Origin: Geosiphon pyriformis uo1
Taxonomy: Eukaryota; Fungi; Glomeromycota
Direction of reading: 5' to 3'
Assembly: GCA_016748015.1 (NCBI GenBank)
Contig: JAAOMT010000219.1
Span: 1-64,000, forward strand
Length of the DNA stretch: 64,000 bases
The notes under the pieces: model-generated
Seen by the model: only the letters and a program-made list of their open reading frames with translations
What the model was told of the DNA's origin: nothing
The model's database searches: none
Shown: positions 40,631 to 52,472 of the stretch, in pieces
Numbering within the stretch: position 1 is the first letter of the stretch
Layout of the letters: each line of letters starts with the position of its first letter
Translations under genes and position numbers: made by a program

Positions 40631-41220
40631 TTATTTTTTATGGCTGTTATAAAACTCAGATTTTACAAATAGCTGCGAATCACGTGCAACTAGCCCGAGC
40701 CAGCCACAGAAACTCCTGTCACATCACGTGACAAATAATGACTCAAAAACAGAAGCACCAGAAAAAAATTTCATCCGACCACGCGACCCAGCATAAACCT
40801 GGCAAACACTACACGACGAACCCACAGAAGCGACGCCAGCAAGACCAGCCAACTCCCCACCAAGCAGCGCTCCATTCCTTTATAGTTCAACACGCAACTT
40901 CGCCCTAAGCAACGATGAGAAACAACCAAGAACCGGACGAACTCCACCACCTTAGGCACGTCCAACTTAGCTGAACCAAAAGCCCTAGATGCATCGCTTA
41001 CCCAAGACTTGAACACAAACCCCTTTGCCAGAGCAGTGTACAACTCCACAGCAGAAGAGGACCCAGACGAGTCAAGATGAGCCGACCAAACACAAAGGTC
41101 CTGCAAAATCCTAGAATCGGACAGACCAGCGAAATGCCATCAAGAACTATACCCCTTCTCTCCAAAACATCCCCAGCACACGTAAAGACGTGATCAGACG
41201 AATCCAAACCACCAAGCAAT
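40631..41220 (-). mobile_element. 5'-truncated LINE 3' end, GC- and CpG-rich
   Basis: SDHVFTC and LYTALAKGFVFKSW...VEFVR match SDHVFSC / MAICKGFVFNEW...VAFVR at the end of LINE ORF2 (52473-53018). Confidence 0.75.
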
Positions 41221-42005
41221 AAATATAATTTTGTATATTTAAATTATAAATTATAGATTAAATTTATAAAAATATAAAATCAAAAAAAACTTATTAACTT
41301 AAATTATTTTATATTAAAAAACCAAAATATTAATATTATTACAAAAGTAATATGCTAAAGAAAAATTGTATGAATTCAATATATGAAATTAGTCTCTTAA
41401 TTGTTATTTTTTTAAAGGATCAGGAAGGCTATGCAAAAAAGTGAGGTAAAACTAAAGAATTAGAAACAATTAGAAAAAGAAAGCAATTCGAGCCGAATAT
41501 CACCGATGTGATTGATTCCTACTGTGTTAGTAACTGAAAAAAAAAGAATGTTAAATATATTGCAAGAAAATGAGTTTTAAATTTCTCGAATTTTCTGTCG
41601 CGCTCACGCTTTATATGATAATCATAATAATAATCATAATAATGCCAATTTAAAAACGTTTGGAGGAATATTCTAAACAAGATATCAGTGATTAATTCCA
41701 AGAAAAGACCAATTGCCGCTTCTGTAATTTACATTTCCTCTTTGGCTTTATCATCCCTCAATGATGTTATATTATCTCTTTCCATTACCTCAAAATGACT
41801 CGACTAAGAGGTCAAATTAAGAATTGATAAATTAGAGAGCTCGAGACAGGATAAAACGGTTAGGTCCTTGGTCTATAAATTCACGTTGTCGTGCCAAAAT
41901 GAGCCAAATCCAAAATCATCCAAACTTTATTTCTTTGAAAGGCTTTCTTACCTTAGAAAACTCATTCACAGCTAGCCATCACATCTCCTTTTCAGGCATT
42001 GAACC

Positions 42006-42683
42006 ATGAGTGGCCTCCTAATAAAGGTGGAGACTTGGGTTAGGCCGTCAAATTTGGCTCTTGTCCAAGGTGGAATATATCTTTTTGAAGGTATTACTTT
42101 GTGCTTTATGCCAAGTCGTATTGTCGAAAATTTGGTGAGCGATTGGATTTGCAAGTTTTTCAAAAAAAAAAGACGTTTCAATTTAAAAGTAGATACTTGG
42201 AATTTTCATTATTCCTTTGACAGAAGTTTCCTGCTTTGGGTATTGATAAGCCTGAATTGTGCTCGGCCTACAAGATTATTGGGCTTTACTTGGTAGTGCA
42301 TTGTTCAGAATTAATATTTTATTACCGTTAAAATCCCAGACTTGCCATATTGTCTACGTGTTTATTAGATGTCTTTGGCTCATTATTATATAACTGCTAG
42401 CAGTCGCAATAACGAAAGCTTTATGGCCAATTCAAGTAAGTCCTAGTATCGCATTAAAAATCTCTCTTTTATATAGACCTTTGTTTTTAAAATGGCTCGG
42501 CTAATCTTTTTGATTATAGTTATGAACCGCGCCATTATTTTTGGGGGTATGGCAGTATTGAGATATTTCCATGATGTTCCGAACGGCTTCCTTTACATTG
42601 CAGGTCTTGATGTTTTTCTTGCATTGATGAACTACATGTCCCTTGAACGTTTTGGTAAAGCAAAAGGTCGTCGTCGTGAATAA
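42006..42683 (+). CDS. Uncharacterised ~142-aa multi-pass membrane protein; exons 42006-42134, 42224-42292, 42369-42435, 42520-42683
   Basis: Three GT-AG introns give a continuous 429-nt frame with about 4 hydrophobic segments (LVQGGIYLFEGITLCF, IIGLYLMSLAHYYI, AIIFGGMAVL, FLYIAGLDVFLAL). Confidence 0.7.
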
Positions 42684-43232
42684 AGAAATGGAAATAACCT
42701 TAAAGGGGAAAGATAGGAGCGGTGAAAAAGCCCTGCAGAATTCAATGCTAACATTTACACATTATTTTTAAATATGTTACTTCAGTTTCACCCTAAAAAC
42801 TTTAAAGTCTCTAAGAGTAGTGAAAATAATTAGCTAACTAGTTTTTTTGAATGGTGGTTTGACCCAGAAATTCTAAAAAGGTAGTCTTGTAAATCTACCC
42901 AGGAAAGTTAATTCTAAATAACCAGTCCGAAATTGGCTCTTAAATTTCCGAAAGGGGCACTACTCTTTAGTATTAGAATTTATACCTCCTGCTAAATAGT
43001 AAAATTACGTAAGATCTGATAAACAGATACTGAGCCTTGGCAATTTTTTTTTTTTAATGGGAAAAAAAAACTTTAACTGACCGTGTTTACTAGATACCCA
43101 CACTCTCAATAGATTATTTAAATCTTTTGATTTCTACCTTTAATTTACAAGCTTTATTTCATAACGGTATGTATCCTCAAGTTTTTTCAGTTTTTCTCTT
43201 CACTTACTAATTCTTCTTAGGTATATATCCCT

Positions 43233-45039
43233 ATGGATACTACGCTGGATACTGAAATGGAATGTTCAGAGCTCATAATGATCACGGACCATTTTAATGC
43301 CAAATATTTGCATCGTGACAATACCAATTTCAATCAGACGATATCTGCCAACAGTCTAACTCAACCACAACTTTCAATGCCTTTTAACTCGCAAGCAGCT
43401 GTTCTCCAGCAACAGTCAATATCATCACCTTTTCATAAAATGTTGGCAGCTTGTTCAGGCGCAATCATAACATCGATATTCAGTAAGGGTTGATAATGGT
43501 CATCAATTTTAACATCCTTGTTAAACTCATTATCCCGACTAAAATATATTCACTTAGATTTTGAATTTTTAACCAGCAACCCCCCTTGATGTAGTGAAAA
43601 CGCGCCTACAATTACAGCGCTCCTTCAACTCTTCCATACCGAAATCTTGTCGTAACCTTTTCTTTTCTTCCCAAAATACAAAACATCATCATCTCTCAAG
43701 CCAGGCTGCTGTTGGCTCATCCTTAAATTGCACTTGTCCTGCTACCTCCGCCGTTGCTACGCAAGTAGCTGCACGACAACTGAATGGCACTTTGGTACGT
43801 GCTTCATAATTTGAGATTTTGAATAAAATATCAATTTAAAAAGTTTCGTATCATATATAGGACGGCGTGGTTAAAATTGTGCGCTATGAAGGTATAACAT
43901 CTTTATGGAGAGGGCTTTCCCCGGCACTGCAAGTATCAACTTGTTTTTTAATCCTGAATTGAAAAAAATTATTATTTAAAATCTATGATATCCAACCTTC
44001 CTATAGGATTATGTCAGTCCCTGCAACGGTAATATATTTTGTTGGCTATGAATATTTACGTGATTTGATGTGGGCCAGGTGGAAAGGGAAAACTCCGGAA
44101 ACTTACGCACCTTTGTTAGCTGGAGCTACCGCAAGAAGCAAGTTGCTTTAATTTATTCATTTTACCGTCGACTGAGATTCTTTTACTTTATATTGAGTTT
44201 CTTTGCCTCAAACAGCAATTGCAGCCACGACAATATCTCCCATTGAACTTTTTCGAACAAGACTTCAAGGTCCCGAAGGGTCTAATGGTTTACGGGGTGT
44301 AATGAGTGGAGTGCAAAGTATGGTTCGTGCTAATGGGATCTCTTCATTATGGCGTGGGTTGGGTCCAACATTATGGAGAGACGTACCGTTCTCAGGTATT
44401 TGATTTCCGATTTTAATAATATACAGATTATTATCTTCAAAAAAAGACAAACTTTGACTTGTAATTTTCATCTCAGCGATTTATTGGTCGGGCTATGAGT
44501 TTATTAAAAGAAACATCAATAATCATGGCGATTTTAAATTGAGCGAGTTTGAGATTTCATTCGTAAGTGGGGCGACCTCTGGAATGGTACGTTAATATTG
44601 AATATAATACTACCGACTTTTAGGTTGAAAAATTGTCATCGTCATTTAATTAACCTATAAAAATTACTTAGATTGCAGCCATATTGACCACACCTTTTGA
44701 TGTTGCAAAAACTAAACGGCAGGTGGCTTCAAATAATGGTAATTTACAAGTTGTCATTAAATTCTCTGGAAAATAAAATTTTATTAATCAAGCCAATCAC
44801 TCTTAGTAAAACCTCACAGGATGTTCCATATTATGCGGACAGTAGTACAAGAAGAAGGATATTCAGGATTAATGCGAGGTAAAGAGACAACAATTCGGTC
44901 GTCGATTATTTTCCTCTTGATCTACTAATGTATATTCTTTTTATTCTTAGGCGTTGTTCCACGTATCGTTAAAATTGCACCAGCTTGCGCAATCATGATC
45001 AGTAGTTATGTTGCTTTTACTGCACCCAAGTCAATCTGA
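43233..45039 (+). CDS. MTM1: Mitochondrial carrier, SLC25A39/40 (yeast Mtm1)-like, ~394 aa; exons 43233-43482, 43577-43794, 43861-43928, 44007-44137, 44216-44395, 44477-44586, 44672-44738, 44807-44878, 44951-45039
   Basis: Three carrier signatures (PLDVVKTRLQ, PIELFRTRLQ, PFDVAKTKRQ) plus subfamily motifs LIMSVPATVIYFVGYE, LWRDVPFSAIYW and KIAPACAIMISSY. Confidence 0.9.
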
Positions 45040-45202
45040 AAAAAGATTGAGGAATCACATGAAATCTTTAGTATCTTTCTTCCAATTGAAACACAACATG
45101 ACTATTCATTTGATGACTTTCATAGGTAATTTCAAATTTCGGGATAATTTTGAATATTTGATGTATCGTCAATGTACTGAGGTATCAATATAACCATGGG
45201 TT

Positions 45203-47158
45203 TCACATCTTGGCCTTGAAAGGGTTTCCATTCCATCTTTCTTTCAGGATATCTATAATGTTTTTAGTGGATATTGCCGATGTTTCCATCGTCTTCAGAA
45301 GGTATAACAGAAAAGGAACACGGGTTAAAAGACCAAGATAGTTAGAAAGTATTTTTTAGTTGATAAAAATTACAAAGAACTCACCGATATAAACGGTTCA
45401 AAACTATTAGGGTAAAAGAAATTCTCGTCGGGTTCAACCTGAGGAAAGGTTTGATTTGGAAGCAATCGCGGGTAAGCTTTCCAGACCTTAAAATAAGTCC
45501 ATGAGCGATCCAAAAAAATTTGACCGAGTAATTCATTTGTCATTTCATGGGGTGAAAATATCTTGCAAAGACGTTCTCCATTTTCTAGCAGATACTGACA
45601 TCCTATACTGAAAAAGTCGGTTTTACCGCTATTAGTCGTTAAAATAAAAGCAGGCACATCATCATCTTTCACGCAGCCGAAATAAGCTGGATTCACGTGC
45701 CCAGCGATCAAAGTGACATGGAGTGTGGTATATGGAATTTTTTCAATTTTAAAGTTGATATTTTCAAATTCAATTCCTGTAAATTGCTACAAAAAATGAA
45801 AGAAAAAAACTCAAAATGAATATCTTGAAAACCATCAATTTCAAAAAATAAAAGTCCATAATATACTTACAATTGGTGCAGCCAGGATAACTGCATCGAA
45901 AATATCTGAATCCCCATGCTGCGTTACCACGGAGTACTTGGGGCTGATACCGAATCTCTCGTTTACTGGCAACTTTATTATTTTTACCACGGAAGTTTGA
46001 AGTTTAACCTTCGCACCAGAGTGCTTTGCCCATTTTTCGAAGATTTGAAAATTCCCACCCTTAATGCTTTTGGCTCCCTGAGGTGCCAAGGATATGAATC
46101 CACCCATAGCGTGAATTTGATTCAAATTCGAAGCATAATTAACCCGTGTCGCCGGTTCAACAAAATGCTGTAGGTAAAGGGGATATAAGCTTTTCATTTC
46201 GATAAAATAATATTCGGCAGATTTTTCATGCTCTGTGCGTAGGTCAAGTTGATCCACAGCCGACTCGATACAGGTGAATGGATCTTCGAATTGATAAATC
46301 TTCATAAACTTCGTGATGGTAGCTTTTACCATATTTCGGACCTAAGTCAATGAAATATAAAATCAAATATTGAAATATATTACTATATTAGCTCCACAAT
46401 TACCATGACCTCTAACCATAAATTACGATTTTATCTCTGGGGGTAATCGAACCGGGATTATACAAAGCGCCTGCATTTTCAAACTATCATTATAAAATAC
46501 CTTGAGAGGCGCCCATCCATATTTCCAAAGAATTTTAACCATGTCCCAATAAGAATAAGAAGATTCTTCGAACACAAGTTGTTCGCCATCCCATCTAATA
46601 TATTTAGATTTAGATTTTTCGGTGAAAACAGAATAATTAAAAGGGTCAATCTAAAAATTATTTACTCACATACCAACTCGAGCTCCAGGAAATTCTCCGC
46701 CAAACTTGGTGAATTCTAAGCCAAATCTTTTGGCGGAATTAAATAAATGGAGGTTCGCATCAATAAAAATCGAAGCGCCCACTTCTATAATGTATTCTTT
46801 CTCATCGCGTTTTAACGTAACAGTGGTACTTCGCCCTCCGACATAGTTGGATTTTTCGAAAATGGTGGATTCTACTTGTATGGAGGAATTCCCAAAGGCT
46901 TCTGATATCCAATATGCAGCCGAGGTTCCTCCAGCACCAGCACCTAGAGAGTGGAAACCCTCAATAATAAAACTATGAAACATGTAAAGCAAAAATATGA
47001 AATAATTACTTGCCAATAATTGCAACTTTTTTTGCCTTTGCACGATGAGGGACTTCAATGTGAGCGATAAGTCGTACCGAGGCAAAGGTGGTATAGAAAA
47101 TCAATAGCAACAAGGAAAGGAAAAATACCGAACGGACCAGTGGCTGCGTATACTTCAT
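45203..47158 (-). CDS. PCYOX1: Prenylcysteine oxidase/lyase family FAD enzyme with N-terminal signal peptide, ~491 aa; exons 47158-47014, 46943-46670, 46594-46501, 46341-45871, 45786-45385, 45292-45203
   Basis: KVAIIGAGAGGTSAAY, VGGRSTTV, IEVGASIF..AN, ATRVNY, IKGGNFQIF, YTTLHVT, W.AYP.L, FISTMETS; the exon phases close. Confidence 0.9.
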
Positions 47159-48142
47159 TATGAACTAAATCCAAGGCTCCCCAAATTCAAACAGCTGTCT
47201 TTTAAATCTTATCATTAAAAATTGCATAATAATTCATACAGCTTGGCCCAAAAATACCCGAAATCATTATTATAGGATATATAATATTTAAATGACTTTA
47301 TATTTAAATGAAACTGCTTTTCAATTCTTCCAATATTTATGAATTTTTATTTTATTAAAATCCTTCAAAATCACATAATAAAAGTTAAATAATAATAATA
47401 AATAATGGGCCTAACAAAATAATAATTTGAAATTATGAATTTTCTATTTATTTTTCATAGTGTGTACGGTATGACCCAACGAATCGTATGTATACGTTAA
47501 TAAAAATTTAAATTAATAAACTTAATTTAATAACTAACAATTTGCATTAAAAATTTAAAATTAATAAGAAAATTAATTACAAAAAATTATAAATTTTATA
47601 TTATAAGTGAAGCCCAATTACGATTTACTGCAATGCAACAAGAAATATTTTTTAAAGTAAATGTGGTTTATACATGATTTAAGTTTAGATAATAATTGGA
47701 TTAATGAAAAATACGGAGATAAAAGCACATCATATTTAGACTTATTAAAGAACTTTTTATTCATAACAAGCCACTTGGCCAATCAAAACAATCTATGTTT
47801 AAAGTATCTTAATATAAATTCAAAACACACTGTATGGCCTCAATTTACATAAAAGCTTTTTATTAATCTTATTAGACAATAAGCTATTAATATTAATTGA
47901 TTTATTTTATTTTATTTTTAGCTTAACATTTGGCATTCAAATTTTTTTTTTGTGTTAAACAACCAAATTTTAACAAAAATTGACCAATCTGGTATTTACT
48001 ACTTAAAAATTATCAAATATATTTAAAAACTTATCAAACCAAATTTTAAAGATAAATTTTTTGTAAATATTTATATAAGACTAGTTATTAAACTTAGTAT
48101 TTTACAAAATTTAAAACATTAAAAACAAAAATAACAGTTAAT

Positions 48143-48512
48143 AAAAAACTTTTTTACAGATTTAAATAATTATACAAAATTTTATATCTTATATTTAAGT
48201 TTTTTAAATACATAAAAGCATAATTTTAATTATTATTAACAATTTTTTATAAACTAATTTTATAATACATATGTAAATTAGTTAAATTCTTTTTTTTTTC
48301 TAATTTTATGATTATGACCAAAGCAAAAAAAAAACTTTTTTACAAATTTAAATAATTATACAAAATTTTATATCTAATAATTAAGTTTTTTAAATATATA
48401 AAAGCATAATTTTAATTATTATTAACAATTTTTTATAAACCAATTTTATAATACATATGTAAATTAATTAAACTTTTTTTTTTCTAATTTTATAATTATG
48501 GCCAGAGCAAAA
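48143..48512. repeat. 186-bp tandem duplication at a LINE 5' end
   Basis: 48143-48328 is repeated at 48329-48512. Confidence 0.85.
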
Positions 48513-49230
48513 GTAAAAAAATTTCAAATGTTATTTTCTTTATAGTAACTAATAAAATTTTAATAAAAAAATTTCTCTGTTATTAAAACAGTTAAACAAA
48601 ATATTTTGGCAATATTTTTTTAAATATTAATAGTAAAAAGCTGTTTTTAATAGTTTTTAAAGCATTATTTTTATTTTTGACTAATAGTTTTTTTTCAATT
48701 AAAGTTTTTTTTTAAGAAACATACTAAGATTAATTTTAATATTGTTTTTATTTTATTTAAAAGCTTTAAAATATTTAATAATAAACCAGTTAACAAATTA
48801 GTTTTTTTTGTTTTTACTATTATTATTATTTTGTAAATAGCTAAAAAAACCAAAAATTTTAAAAAACAGCAACAGTTATTTGTATTTACTATTATATTAA
48901 AATTTTTGGAATTTTAAATAAAATTTTTCTAAAATTTTTTTTAGTAATAATTAATTTTTTTTAATATAGACAACAACAATAATAATATATCTTTTAAGAT
49001 AAACCAAAATTAATTATTTATTATATTATTAAATATAATGTTTTTTAGCAAATTATTATTAATTTTTAAAATAAAACAACTTATTAAATTACTTAATTTT
49101 AAAAATTAAGCTAATTAAATAGAAATTAAATCAGTTTTTTTTTTAATAATATTTGAAAACAAAATTTTAATTAATAAATGTTTTTTAAATAGATAATTTA
49201 TATTTTAATATTTGGTGTTTTTTTTATTAA
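48480..49230 (+). mobile_element. Extremely degenerate LINE ORF1 5' fragment (family of the old LINE at 49300-59250)
   Basis: NKPVNKLVFF..AKKTKNFKK resembles NNRLVNRLAFP..SKK in ORF 52029-52238. Confidence 0.55.
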
Positions 49231-49505
49231 GTTTAATAAGTATGATCCAACTACTATCTAATATTTTAGAACAAATTAAATATTCTAAACTAAGTATAGT
49301 TTACATATTTTTTATATATTACCAGCTATTCAAGTCAGTTTAGACTATACTATATTTTTATAATAGAATTAAACTTACTCAAAACTAATATCTTTTAAAC
49401 TATATTAAATAATCTAATACTACAAAAAATTAACCCAACCAGCTATTTAACCATCTTTAAAAAATTAGTTTTAATACTATTGAATTTATGTATTCAAAAA
49501 AATAT

Positions 49506-50436
49506 TGTTATAGATGATTATTTAAAGTGTTAAAACAAATAACAAACTCATAACTTAGTGCTTAATAGTTGGTTATATTAATAATTTCTGAAGGTTTTAG
49601 AATCTGAAGGTTTTAATTGAGTTTTTTGTATAATAAACAAAAATTCAATTAATAGTTTTTTTTGTAAATTTTTTTTTCAATATAATAACTGGTTTAATTT
49701 GACAATTATGCTCTTTTAATAAGTTATCCTTAAATTTCTATTCTTATTTTTGGATTTTTTACTAGACTATCTTTAATATCAAATACTTAGTGTTTAATCC
49801 TTTTAATCAATTAGTAAATACCAAAAAAATAAACAAAAAAAAAAACAAAAAAAAACAAAAAAAACAAAAAATTAGTATCTTGTTAATAGTTATAATTAAG
49901 AATTATTGATTTAGTATAGTTAAGTGTTAAATTTTATCAACATAGAGTGTTAATAGAATAAAAGTAATAAATATTTCTTAACTAAGCAATAATAATATAG
50001 ATTCAAATTATAATTAATACTTTATTAATATGTAATTTAATTCAGTTTTAAGTTATAAAAAACTACTTTTTAAAGAGAAAAGTATTAGATAATTAAGAGA
50101 TTCTAACTGATTGTTAATATGAATTCTGTTTTTTCTGTTTCTAATATTTTTGCTATATATACATATTTTTTGTTATATAAAATCTCCAATTTTCTTAAGC
50201 AATATGCTCTATTTTCTTTAATAATGTGTTTATTGCTGAGCAATATGCCATAATTTTCTGATAATATGCTTATTGCTGAACAGTATGCCATAATTTACTG
50301 ACAATATACACATTACTAAGCAATATGTTATAATTTTTTGACAATATGCTCATTTGCTAAGTATTATTTTCTTATTGGTTTATTTTCTTTTCTGTTTTTT
50401 CTACTTTTTTTCTTTGTACTTTTTTTATGAATAACA
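49506..50436 (-). mobile_element. Solo LTR (family C-related)
   Basis: tgttata...ataaca; TSD ATAT/ACAT. Confidence 0.85.
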
Positions 50437-52472
50437 ACATCAAATTAAAAATGTATTATCATTAATGCCAACTAAAAAATTTTAATTACAGACATATCAA
50501 CATCATTTATACAATACTTTTTTTTTAGCAAAACCACTTTTTTTTCAATTTACCAACAACTTTGTTAAAAAAACTTAGATAAACTATAAATTTATTAACT
50601 TTGAGATTAAAAATACTGCTTGAAGCCAAATTACCATCAATAAACTATTCAAAAATAATAATCAAAAAGCTAACAAACTTAACAATTAATCCAACCAATA
50701 CAAAAAGTTTGGTCAAATCAGATTTCAAAAAAGACAACTAAAACAACATTAAAAAATTACTAATAATAACTGAAAAGAAGACAAAAATTGTCAAAAGTAA
50801 AAACTCTGAAAAGCCCAAAAAAGCAGAAGCTTTAACAAAAGACTTAGAGCTTACAAAACATGATGCAAATATCTTAAAAGCCTTGGAAAGAAAAAGTAAA
50901 GACACTTTATAATCCACAATCAGATGATCTACTTTTTAATACTTAAAACAGCACCAATAGCCAGAAGTTTTTTTATCAGATATAGTACTTTTTTAGTGTA
51001 CTAGTTTTGCTTACAACAGCATTCAAACCCACTTGAGATCTAAATATAATTAGAGCAAACTGAAAATAACAACCAGAATTAGAAAAACAAAGAATAAAAC
51101 ACATCCAACTATTAATTTAAAAAATCATATTACTGATTTTAAAGACAGTATAGCCAGAAAAAAAGTTAATCAACTTGGCCTTAAACCTATTATAAAATAT
51201 AATAATTTTATTTTGATTTACCAAAAAGAGAATCCTAATACTATTTTTATTTATTAAAACTGACTAATAATTTAAGACAGATATAGCAAAGTCTAGTTTT
51301 TTAAAATAAACAACCATATATTACCAAACACCAATAGACTTTAATACTATATAAGCAACTTCACCAAACACACTAAAAACTGTCTTAATGTTAACAAAAA
51401 ACACATCCAAAGACATATTATGCAGTACAACAATAGCAAAAAAGAAATCAGACTTAGAAATTACCAAAAACTTGGCAATTTTAAGAGTGGCTAAATAAAC
51501 AAAGCTTGTAAGCTTAAATAAAAAGACAGCTTTCAAAAACTTTTAAAAAGCAAACTTTATGCAAAAAAGCTTCATATTGTTTTTTAATACTAATTTTGTA
51601 TTTAAAAAACTATACACAAATTGGAAAACAGTTTTAACATGAACCAATTTGATCTTAAAAGTAGTACTAGGCACTAAAATAGAGGCTACCCATCCAGTAA
51701 ATCTTTGATGACTAGAAATAGTTTTCCAAGCACCATTAATAACAACATTAAAAACCAGCAAAAAAAATAATTCAGTTTTTATTTGATCAGTCCAGTTTTC
51801 AAGAACAGGTAATTTTATAGAAAATAGTTAATTTGTTTTTAAAATTAATAATAATCTACTAAAGAACACTATATTTGACAACACAACCAGTGGTTAATTT
51901 TGGCTTATCTTGAACAACATATTAGATAATACAACAGAAATTTTATTTAAGAATCACAAAAGGTTTCAGTATAATAATAGCAAAAGTAAGTGACTGTTTT
52001 TACTTTTTTAAACTTTTGGTTTTTTTGATCATTTTTTTGAAAAAGAGGTGCTAGCAGTATCTAATGTAGAAATTATGAAAGGAAAAGCCAGCCTGTTAAC
52101 TAATCTGTTATTAAAAATTTTTGGGCTTTTTAAAGAGGTAAAGGCAATACTGAAATTAACCCAAATATGTTTTTTTAAGGGAACTTTGACTAATAAAAAA
52201 CCAGTCAAAAATAAAAAAGATGCTTTAATAATTATCAAAACAGCTTTTTACAGTTACTTGATAAAAAAAAGGCTTTTAAAATGTTTTGCTTAACTGCTTT
52301 TACAACAAAAAAACTTTTTTAATTAAAACTTTATATTTTTTTTTTTTTTTTTTTATTTAACGAGTGAGGTCCAAACACTACCTAGTACAATACATCATAC
52401 TAGTAATCTAAACTAGGCGTGAATTATGCTTTTTCTACACGTGACCAGTCACTCAGACTAATCAGGACAACA

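Noticed and set aside
47461-47500. Imperfect hairpin suggesting a Helitron 3' end
   Set aside because: Weak pairing, with no CTRR terminus or Rep/helicase relic nearby.
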